Positions 31,226 to 39,438 of a DNA stretch of 64,000 nt are shown piece after piece. The stretch is from Pirellulales bacterium (GTDB taxonomy: Bacteria; Planctomycetota; Planctomycetia; Pirellulales; PALSA-1355). The notes beneath the pieces are model-generated. The model saw only the letters and a list, made by a program, of their open reading frames with translations, made no database searches and was not told where the DNA came from. The stretch covers positions 384,001 to 448,000 of the forward strand of contig CAVTBU010000004.1 of NCBI GenBank assembly GCA_963733035.1, read 5' to 3'. Every line of letters starts with the position of its first letter. The first letter of the stretch is position 1. The translations under genes were made by a program, and so were the position numbers.

Positions 31226-31990
31226 ATGATTGATCTCACCGGAAAAACGGCCCTCGTTACCGGCGGTTCCCGAGGCATTGGCCGTGCCTGTGCCACGCGA
31301 TTGGCGGAAGCGGGCGCGGACGTTGTGCTCAACTACGTCACGAGTTCGGCGGCCGCCGACGAAGTGGCCGAAGTTGTCCAGGCGATGGGCCGCAATGTGG
31401 CGGTCGTCAAGGCCGACGTGAGCGAACGGGACGACTGCGAGTCGATGATGCAGTTCATCGGCGAGACGTTTGGCAAGCTCGACATCCTGGTGAGCAACGC
31501 TGCCACGGGCGGGTTTCGGCCGATGCTGGCCATCACGCAGAAGAACTTCGAATCGACGATGAAGACCAACGTGATGGCCCTGATCCACCTGGTGCAGGCC
31601 GGCTACAAGTTGTTCCAGAAAGCCGACGGCCGTGCCAAGGTCGTAGCCATCTCCAGCCACGGATCGCACATGGCTCTGCCAATGTACGGAGCGGTGGGTG
31701 GTTCCAAAGCCGCTCTGGAAAGCTTCGTGCGGCACTTCGCCCTCGAACTCGGCGGTCAGGGCATCAATCTAAACATCGTGAAAGCCGGGCTCGTCGATAC
31801 CGACTCCACCCGGAGAATCCCGTACGCCGAACAGTTGTTTGCCGCCCGCGGAATGCGCAGCATGACCGGCGATCGGTACCTGCTGGCCGAAGATGTCGCC
31901 AACTGCGTGCTGTTTCTGTCGAGCCCGCTCAGCGATATGGTGCAAGGCGAGACACTGACGGTCGACGGCGGAGCAGCCGTGCACGCTTAG
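31226..31990 (+). CDS. SDR oxidoreductase, FabL-like enoyl-ACP reductase
   Basis: TGGSRGIG, LVSNAATGGFRP, SSHGS, Y-x6-K motif YGAVGGSKAALES as in FabL. Confidence 0.8.
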   Translation: MIDLTGKTALVTGGSRGIGRACATRLAEAGADVVLNYVTSSAAADEVAEVVQAMGRNVAVVKADVSERDDCESMMQFIGETFGKLDILVSNAATGGFRPMLAITQKNFESTMKTNVMALIHLVQAGYKLFQKADGRAKVVAISSHGSHMALPMYGAVGGSKAALESFVRHFALELGGQGINLNIVKAGLVDTDSTRRIPYAEQLFAARGMRSMTGDRYLLAEDVANCVLFLSSPLSDMVQGETLTVDGGAAVHA

Positions 31991-33366
31991 TCACTCGTTG
32001 AACTCAGCGTCCGACGCACTTGCGCGGCAAATTGGTCGAGCAGTTTTTTGGACGCGGCCGCGTCAAAGTAGTGCGGATCGGTACGTAAGCAAAGCGATGT
32101 GCGGCCGGCGTAGTCAATCACGATCACCGCGGCACGTGTCAATGGCCGCACGGGCGGCACTCCGCCGATCCACTCGAGCGTCAGGTCGCCACAAGTCCAT
32201 GGGTCCCCGAGTTTCGAACTCGTGGGGTCCGCCACGTATCGGCCCACGTTGCTTAGTACGGCGGTCGCAAACGACCGCCGCCGGCGCATCGCCCACGGAA
32301 GCAAACCCGGAATATTTCTCGCGAAGGCCACGCCCCCCAGGAAATACAGCGCCAGTTTCCAGTTCTTGATACGAGCGGTTTCCGCTTGTACGACGTCCAG
32401 TAGCTGCTCCGGGTCGTTGGCCTCGGCCATTGTGGCCGTGACAAAGCCATAGCCGATGCGATTGGCTGCGGGCATCGCCGCCTCGGCTCGCGTTCGCACG
32501 CTAACCGGCACGTTGATCCGCAGACGGCCTTTCGCCGGTCCGCGATGTTCGAGGTTCCAGCTGCGCAGGACCAGCAGCATGTCACGCAGCAAAAGATCGT
32601 TCGTGGTCGTCCGCTGCCGTTTGGCCGCCTGCCGGAGATCAGAGGATTCCTCGAGCGAGAGCGTTTCGATGTCGAATGCGAGCGGCTCGCGTTTGGACGA
32701 ATTAGGAGTGCGCGGTGGTGCGGCAAGCACCCGCGGCGCGCGAAACAGAATCGCCGCCCATACCTTAAGCGTATACCAGGCATCGCGCACACCGCCCCAG
32801 ATCGATGGGGCACGCGATCCATCGCTTGCGATTGCGCCGCGCTGTCGCAAGACGTTCGGCTCCAGCAGCCGCAGCGATGCGGGCTCACCACCACTGGCAG
32901 CGCGATAAAGCCCGAGAAAATCCTGCACGAATTGCAACCCGGCGAGGCCGTCGCAACAGGCATGGTGGAATTCAAAAACAACCCGAGCCGATTCGCTTCC
33001 CGAACGCACCCAGGTACGCAGACCAGTCTGCTTCCTCAGGTCGAGGGCACCGCCCGCGGGATAAGCCAGCGGCGCGCCGCCCGGCCCCCAATCCAAGCAC
33101 GGTGCTTCCGATGCAGCAGAAACCCAGCGTGGGAGTCGACCGCTATCGTCCACGCGGGCGTGCAGCAACGGGTGCCGCTGAATCGCTTCGGTCAAGGCTC
33201 TTTCGAATCGCTGCCGGTCGAGTTCACCGATGAAGTGCAATTCAACCGGAAACGTCGTTGGATACGAGGGCCCGTCGTCGAGGTAGTAGTAGTACTCGAA
33301 CGGCGTGAACTCCAGCGGCAGCAGCGAGGCCGCGGATGCCAGGTCGTTGCCAGTGCTAGGGTGCAT
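31987..33366 (-). CDS. Standalone condensation-domain/PapA5-like acyltransferase
   Basis: RHPLLHARV, FHHACCDG (HHxxxDG), TTNDLLL, VPVSVR, VLSNVG; start taken at ATG 33366. Confidence 0.85.
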   Translation of the reverse strand: MHPSTGNDLASAASLLPLEFTPFEYYYYLDDGPSYPTTFPVELHFIGELDRQRFERALTEAIQRHPLLHARVDDSGRLPRWVSAASEAPCLDWGPGGAPLAYPAGGALDLRKQTGLRTWVRSGSESARVVFEFHHACCDGLAGLQFVQDFLGLYRAASGGEPASLRLLEPNVLRQRGAIASDGSRAPSIWGGVRDAWYTLKVWAAILFRAPRVLAAPPRTPNSSKREPLAFDIETLSLEESSDLRQAAKRQRTTTNDLLLRDMLLVLRSWNLEHRGPAKGRLRINVPVSVRTRAEAAMPAANRIGYGFVTATMAEANDPEQLLDVVQAETARIKNWKLALYFLGGVAFARNIPGLLPWAMRRRRSFATAVLSNVGRYVADPTSSKLGDPWTCGDLTLEWIGGVPPVRPLTRAAVIVIDYAGRTSLCLRTDPHYFDAAASKKLLDQFAAQVRRTLSSTSD

Positions 33367-33577
33367 CCGTCCCAGTGCCGCCCGAGTGGATCTCGTCGCC
33401 GGCCGGGTTTTCGCCGGGCACGTCGCCGCCGGTGCCCGTGGGCCCGGAACCTTCGCCACCGGTGCCGCCGGAGATGCCCGAATCACCAATTCCAGCCCCA
33501 ACCGGATCGCCGTTTTTACTGCACCCGGCAAGGCCCAAAAGGCATGCCAACGTGGCGGTGAAAAGTAGATGTTTCAT
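33356..33577 (-). CDS. Small Gly-rich lipoprotein (73 aa)
   Basis: GGGAG RBS; MKHLLFTATLACLLGLAG-C lipobox; low-complexity G/S/T/D/P tail; stop overlaps the acyltransferase start. Confidence 0.75.
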   Translation of the reverse strand: MKHLLFTATLACLLGLAGCSKNGDPVGAGIGDSGISGGTGGEGSGPTGTGGDVPGENPAGDEIHSGGTGTDAP

Positions 33578-33704
33578 CGAAGTACTCCCATGCTTGATTG
33601 AGACGATGCCTCCGAGCGGTCGCCGCTTCCGTATTCTATCGTAGAGCGCCGCTGGCGACGACTCGTAATCAACCGCCCGGGCTCGCCTCCACCCGTTAGA
33701 CAGG

Positions 33705-36700
33705 TTAGCCGGTTTGTACCTTTTCGGCTGCCGGTTTGGTGGCTGCCGCGTTGCCAAAAACACGTTCAATGACGTAGTAGAAGACCGGCGTCAGGAGCAG
33801 CCCAAAAGCCGTGACGCCGAGCATGCCGCTGAATACCGCGGTGCCCAGCGTGCGTCGCATTTCCGCTCCGGCCCCGGTGGCAATCACCAGCGGAGCGACG
33901 CCGAGAATAAAAGCGAACGAGGTCATTACGATCGGCCGCAAACGCGTCTTGCTGGCAGCGATCGTGGCATCGAACGCGCTGAGGCCCTGCACTCGGCGAA
34001 GTTCTCGGGCGAACTCCACCACCAGAATCGCGTTCTTGCTAGCCAAACCCACTAACACGACGAAACCGACCTGGACGAAAATATTGATGTCCATCCGCGC
34101 CATCGCCACGCCGACCACGGCACACAATACACACATGGGCACCACCAGAATCACGGCCAGCGGCATCGACCAACTTTCGTATTGCGCGGCCAACACGAGA
34201 AAAACGAGCACCACGGCACCGATAAAGGCAAAGACTGCCGTGTTGCCCGCCCGGATTTGCAGGTAGGTCAGTTCCGTCCACTCGGCGGTCATGGCTTCCG
34301 GAAGCGTTTCGTCGGCAAGGGTGTCCATCGTCCGGATGACCTGGCCGCTACTCGTGCCCGGCAACCAGGCGCCGTTGATGCCGGCCGCCGGATACATGTT
34401 GTAGCGGGTGAGCAGAATTGGACCGGTCGTGTCCTCGATTTTTGCTACTGTCCCCAGCGGAATCATGTCCCCCTTGTTGTTACGCACCTTGAGTTGCTGC
34501 ACTCCCGCGGCGGTTAGTCGATACGGCGCCTCGGCCTGCACGTTCACCTGCCAGGTGCGGCCAAAACGGTTGAAGTCGTTGACGTAATATCCACCCAGGT
34601 AGTACTGCAGCGTGTTGAACACGTCGGACAGCGCGACCCCCATCATTTTGCACTTCGTGCGGTCGACGTCGACAAACAGCTGTGGGGCATCCGCCCGAAA
34701 TGTATTAATGACCCCGACCAATCCTGGCTGGTCGTTGGCCAGCTCGACCAGCTTGTCGGCTTGCCCTTGCAGAACGCCGAGCCCCAAGTCGCCCCGGTCC
34801 TCAATCATCAGCTTGAAACCGCCGGCGTTACCCAGCCCGTCGACCGGCGGTGCCCCAAACACGGCAACCCGGGCTTCTTGAACTTCCTTGTACGCGCGCT
34901 GCCGAAGCTGCATGGCCACAGCGTCGGCCGACATCTTCACGCCGCGGCGATCGTGAAACGGTTCCAGGATGACAAACATGGAACCAAAATTGGAACTAAC
35001 GGCATTCAGCACGAACGATTGCCCGGGAATCGATACCGTGTGCTCGACTCCGGGAATCTCCTGGGCGATCTTTTCGACCCTGGCTGCCACTTCGATCGTG
35101 CGCTCGAGCGAAGCCGAGTCCGGCAATTGCATGTTGACAAGCAGGTACCCCTTGTCTTGATTGGGAATGAAGCCCGTCGGTACCGTCGTCAGGCCAACAT
35201 AGGTAAGTCCCGCCAGGCCGAGATAGACGATCAGCACCACGACACTCAGCCGCATACCCCAGGCGACGGTGACGCCATAAAACTGCGTGACTTGATCGAA
35301 AACCCAGTTGAAACCTTTGAATACGACGGCAAGGATCTTGTTCACCGGTCGCGACAATAGCGCGCCAGCGACCGCCCCGGGCGACATCAGCCCCAGGTAA
35401 ATCGTCCAGGCACGCCAACCGCTGCCACTGGCGTCAAGGCCGACCTTGGCAGCCAGCGGGACCAGGATCAACGCGCTGAACCAACCAAACAGAAGTGCCA
35501 CGCCCCACCACGGCAGCGCCTCCTGACCTTCCAGGTGGCCGTGCTTATCGACGGTGCGATGCTTGAAAATCGCCGCGGCACGCGCCGGCGTCATCGTCAT
35601 GGCGTTGGTGGCCGACAAGATCATCGACGCGGCGATGGTAAGTGCAAACTGACGATAAAATTGGCCAGAAATGCCGGGAATCAGGGCGCTGGGGAGGAAT
35701 ACCGCGCACAGCACCAGGGTGATCGCGATGATCGGCCCGGTGATTTCGCCCATCGCGCTGATCGTCGCCTCTCGCACGCCGACTCCCTTGGCCAGCCAGC
35801 GTTCGATGTTTTCCAGCACGACGATCGCGTCGTCGACGACGATGCCAATCGCCAGTACCAGTCCGAACAGCGTAAGGTTGTTCAGCGTGAAGCCCATCGC
35901 CAGCATGATCGCGAACGTGCCGACTAGCGAAACGCCAACGTCGATCATCGGAAGGATGACGCTCTTCCAATCCTGAAGAAAGAAAAGGATCACAATCGCC
36001 ACAAGAATCACCGCGTCGCGCAGGGTCTTGAATACTTCGGTCACCGACTCTTCGACAAACGGTGTCGTGTCGTAGACAATGGCGTATTGCAAGCCTCGGC
36101 GAAACGCCCCTCGCAGTTCCTCCATCCGCGCGCGTATCCGCTCCGCCGTCTCCAACGCGTTGCTACCGGGCAACTGAAAAATGGCCAGCCCGACGCTGGG
36201 TTTGCCATCGAGCATGCAGCGCGTGTCTTGGTTCTTGGCACCTAATTCGACGCGAGCGATGTCCTTTAGCCGCGTAACTTCGCCGTCGGTGCCTGTTTTG
36301 ACGATGATATTCTCGAACTGCTCCGGTTCGGTCAGCCGTCCGAGCGTGGTCATCGTATACTGAAAATCAACGCCGCCAGGCACGGGGGGCTGGCCCAATT
36401 GGCCCGCCGCCACCTGCACGTTCTGCTCCCGGAGCGACGCCACAATGTCCGACGCCGTCAGATTCCGCGTCTGCAAGCGATTCGGGTCGAGCCACACCCG
36501 CATGCTGTAGTCTTGCTGACCGAGCAGCGTGACATCGCCCACGCCGTCAATACGCGCGAGTTCGTCGCGAATTTGGATCGTGGCGTAGTTCGACAGGTAG
36601 AGCTGATCGAAAAAGGGCTTCTTGGTTTCTGGGTTCGTGTCCGAATAGAGGTTGACCACCAGCAGGATGCTGGGTGACCGTTTCTTGACCGTCACGCCGG

Positions 36701-37073
36701 TGGCCTTCACGACGTCGGGCAGCGTGGGCATCGCCTGCGAGACGCGGTTTTGCACGAGCACCTGGGCCATGTCCAGGCTGGTGCCCAGCTTGAACGTGAC
36801 GGTCAGGTTGTAGCCCCCGTCATTCGTGCACTGTGAAGACATGTAAAGCATGTCCTCAACGCCGTTGACCTGCTGCTCGATTGGGGCAGCGACCGTATCG
36901 GCAACGACCCGCGCACTTGCGCCTGTATACTGACACGAGACCTGAACGGTCGGAGGCGTGATCTCTGGGTATTGCGCGATCGGTAAAAAGACGACCGCCG
37001 CCAAACCGGCAAACACGATCACGATTGAGATCACCCAGGCAAAGATCGGTCGATCGATGAAGAACCGTGCCAT
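33705..37073 (-). CDS. RND efflux permease, AcrB/HAE1 family
   Basis: MARFFIDRPIFAW, GIVVDDAIVVLE, KNAILVVEFA, RLRPIVMTS. Confidence 0.97.
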   Translation of the reverse strand: MARFFIDRPIFAWVISIVIVFAGLAAVVFLPIAQYPEITPPTVQVSCQYTGASARVVADTVAAPIEQQVNGVEDMLYMSSQCTNDGGYNLTVTFKLGTSLDMAQVLVQNRVSQAMPTLPDVVKATGVTVKKRSPSILLVVNLYSDTNPETKKPFFDQLYLSNYATIQIRDELARIDGVGDVTLLGQQDYSMRVWLDPNRLQTRNLTASDIVASLREQNVQVAAGQLGQPPVPGGVDFQYTMTTLGRLTEPEQFENIIVKTGTDGEVTRLKDIARVELGAKNQDTRCMLDGKPSVGLAIFQLPGSNALETAERIRARMEELRGAFRRGLQYAIVYDTTPFVEESVTEVFKTLRDAVILVAIVILFFLQDWKSVILPMIDVGVSLVGTFAIMLAMGFTLNNLTLFGLVLAIGIVVDDAIVVLENIERWLAKGVGVREATISAMGEITGPIIAITLVLCAVFLPSALIPGISGQFYRQFALTIAASMILSATNAMTMTPARAAAIFKHRTVDKHGHLEGQEALPWWGVALLFGWFSALILVPLAAKVGLDASGSGWRAWTIYLGLMSPGAVAGALLSRPVNKILAVVFKGFNWVFDQVTQFYGVTVAWGMRLSVVVLIVYLGLAGLTYVGLTTVPTGFIPNQDKGYLLVNMQLPDSASLERTIEVAARVEKIAQEIPGVEHTVSIPGQSFVLNAVSSNFGSMFVILEPFHDRRGVKMSADAVAMQLRQRAYKEVQEARVAVFGAPPVDGLGNAGGFKLMIEDRGDLGLGVLQGQADKLVELANDQPGLVGVINTFRADAPQLFVDVDRTKCKMMGVALSDVFNTLQYYLGGYYVNDFNRFGRTWQVNVQAEAPYRLTAAGVQQLKVRNNKGDMIPLGTVAKIEDTTGPILLTRYNMYPAAGINGAWLPGTSSGQVIRTMDTLADETLPEAMTAEWTELTYLQIRAGNTAVFAFIGAVVLVFLVLAAQYESWSMPLAVILVVPMCVLCAVVGVAMARMDINIFVQVGFVVLVGLASKNAILVVEFARELRRVQGLSAFDATIAASKTRLRPIVMTSFAFILGVAPLVIATGAGAEMRRTLGTAVFSGMLGVTAFGLLLTPVFYYVIERVFGNAAATKPAAEKVQTG

Positions 37074-37150
37074 AGTCGCACCAGGCTGCAATCGCGAGGA
37101 TGTGTGAGCGGGTGAGAGCCAGTCCGCCCCGGAGGCCATCCTTTAGGCGT

Positions 37151-38383
37151 TCACCTCGGATCCTTTTGCTGGGTTTCACGCGACGCTTCCGGCGGTTGGG
37201 CAGTCGCTGGAGTCTTTGAACCTGGCGACTCGCCGGTACCTGAACTGGTCTTTTCGGCAGGCTGTGGATTCACTTCAATGCCGTCACGAACCCGCAATAG
37301 ACCGTTGACGATCACGCGCTCGCCGGGCTCAATGCCGGCGGTAATAACGCGCAGGTCTCCCTCGAGTGGCCCCAAGGTGATCGCCCGCTCGCGGACGCGG
37401 TTTTCGTCGTCGACGATGTAGGCGATCTTGCGACCCTGATTCGTGGCAATGGCCCGCTCTGGAATGGCAAGTGCCCGATAGGGCTCGCCCATTGGCAACT
37501 TGATTCGGGCGTGCAAGCCCGGTGCGAGCGCTTCGTCCTTGTTTGGGAAAACCCCTCGAATCTTGAGCGTCCCGGTGTGGGGATCAATGTGATTCTCGAC
37601 AAAGTCGACCACGCCCTCGTAAGGATATCCCTCTTGGATATCCAACCCGAGGTACACCTTAATTTTGCCCGAGCGCGCCGAATCGAGCTTGCCCTCGCGA
37701 ATGGCGGCGCGAACCTTCAGGACGGTCGGTTCGTCGACGTCGAAGTAAGCGTAGATTGGGTCCATCGAAACGATGGTCGTCAGTAGCGTCGTATTGGCCG
37801 TCACCAAGTTGCCCACCGTGACAAGCGTCCGGCTGATTCGCCCGGAAATCGGCGACTTGATGGCCGCGAAGTGCAAATCGAGATTCGCCTTGTCCATGGC
37901 GGCCTCGCGCGACTTGAGTTCCGCCTCGGCCGCGGCGTGATCGGCAAATACGCGGTCGTACTCCTCCTGAGTGATCGTTTTCTTGGGTAGCAACTGGGTG
38001 GCCCGCGCCAGGTCTTTGTCCAAGCGGTCGAGTTGCTTTTGCACCCGATTGACCTCCGCCGTGGCCTGGTCGTAGGAAGCCTGGTAGGGACGAGGATCAA
38101 TCAGAAACAGCGGATCGCCTTCCTTGACGTCAGCGCCGTCTTGAAAATAGACCTTGCTCAGGTACCCGTTCACCTGGGCATAGATTTCGACGGTCTCAAC
38201 CGCGGCCGTGTAGCCTTCGTAGTAGTAGGTGTCCGTTACCTCAATTTCTTGAGGCTCCTCGACCGTGACCTCCTCCGCGGTGATTTTTACTGGCGGCATG
38301 GCCGGCCTTCCACAGCCGGCCATCAACAGCGCGCAAGTCACCCCGAGCAAAAAACCGCGGCCAATGCTCGTGTGTCGGACCAT
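37151..38383 (-). CDS. RND periplasmic adaptor (MFP), lipoprotein
   Basis: LLMAG-C lipobox, IDPRPYQA, IKSPISGRISR, PGLHARIK. Confidence 0.95.
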   Translation of the reverse strand: MVRHTSIGRGFLLGVTCALLMAGCGRPAMPPVKITAEEVTVEEPQEIEVTDTYYYEGYTAAVETVEIYAQVNGYLSKVYFQDGADVKEGDPLFLIDPRPYQASYDQATAEVNRVQKQLDRLDKDLARATQLLPKKTITQEEYDRVFADHAAAEAELKSREAAMDKANLDLHFAAIKSPISGRISRTLVTVGNLVTANTTLLTTIVSMDPIYAYFDVDEPTVLKVRAAIREGKLDSARSGKIKVYLGLDIQEGYPYEGVVDFVENHIDPHTGTLKIRGVFPNKDEALAPGLHARIKLPMGEPYRALAIPERAIATNQGRKIAYIVDDENRVRERAITLGPLEGDLRVITAGIEPGERVIVNGLLRVRDGIEVNPQPAEKTSSGTGESPGSKTPATAQPPEASRETQQKDPR

Positions 38384-38408
38384 CGCTCACGTCTTGCTGG
38401 GGTAAACG

Positions 38409-39326
38409 TCACTTTGCCGCGGCCGCGTCAAAGTCCGCCTTGGCCTTGGCTTCCTGGGCACTCGACACGTCCGGATTCGGCGTCGCATCACCCGGTTCCA
38501 AGCCTAGCATCCATTTGATGCCCCCCAGCAGCGATTGCATGTATTTCTCGTTGGTCCAGACGTCTTCACGATGCCCCAGGCTCATGTGCATCACCTTGCC
38601 GTCGCCGTAGTTTTTGACCCAGGCAATGGGCACTTGGTAGGGCTTTTTGAGCTTCGTCTTGGCCATGTTCAGGCTCATCAGCACGTGAACCTTTTCGGGC
38701 TGCCAATGCTTGAACTGATAGATCTCGTCGGTGATGACGAATTCGTCGCCCCACGGCAGGCTGGCCGGGTGATTCTTGTCGTGCACGGTGACGGTGACGG
38801 TTTCTCCGGAACCCCAGGGATGCCCGTTGAAGGTACCGCCGATCATGTCCCAATACGGCTCATAGTTGTGATAGGTGTCGGCGGCCGAATGCACGCCCAG
38901 AAAACCGTGTCCCTTCTTCTTCGCCCATACGTTGAACAAGTAGTCGCGAACGTCGTCCTTAAACGGCAGGTCGCCGGTCGTGTAGAACATCACCAGGTCG
39001 TAGTTGTCGAGCTGCTCCTTGGTGAGCGTGCTGACATCCTGTGTCGTGTCGACACGGAACAGATTGCTGGCAATGCCCAACTCGGTCATGGCCCGTTCGG
39101 CAGGCGAAAGCTGTCCCTCCTTGCGGGTCACCGATCCGTGCTTGAACCCGGCACTTTGCGTGACCATCAGCATGCGAGCTGGCTTTTTCGGCGCGCTGGC
39201 GGCGAAGAGGTTCGCGGTTAACACACTGCCGCCAATTGCCAAGGCCAACACGCCAAACGCTCGTCGAGTGATCACGGTAGTCGCTCCTGGTTGCGGGAAG
39301 GGTTGTGGTTGCTTGTCAGTATTCAA
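38409..39326 (-). CDS. ThuA-like domain protein, exported (possible Tat signal)
   Basis: TRRAF signal, GFKHGS, FYTTG, GVHSAADT, FNGHPW, DEIYQ, SLGHREDVW. Confidence 0.88.
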   Translation of the reverse strand: MNTDKQPQPFPQPGATTVITRRAFGVLALAIGGSVLTANLFAASAPKKPARMLMVTQSAGFKHGSVTRKEGQLSPAERAMTELGIASNLFRVDTTQDVSTLTKEQLDNYDLVMFYTTGDLPFKDDVRDYLFNVWAKKKGHGFLGVHSAADTYHNYEPYWDMIGGTFNGHPWGSGETVTVTVHDKNHPASLPWGDEFVITDEIYQFKHWQPEKVHVLMSLNMAKTKLKKPYQVPIAWVKNYGDGKVMHMSLGHREDVWTNEKYMQSLLGGIKWMLGLEPGDATPNPDVSSAQEAKAKADFDAAAAK

Positions 39327-39438
39327 ACATGTCGTCGGCCCAGACGCAAATCACCGCTCGTCTGCCCAAATCCCTCCACCTTCGAGTGGCGGGGCGCCGC
39401 CTCCGCAGCCCGGAACCACGGATCCTGCCGTTCAACGG

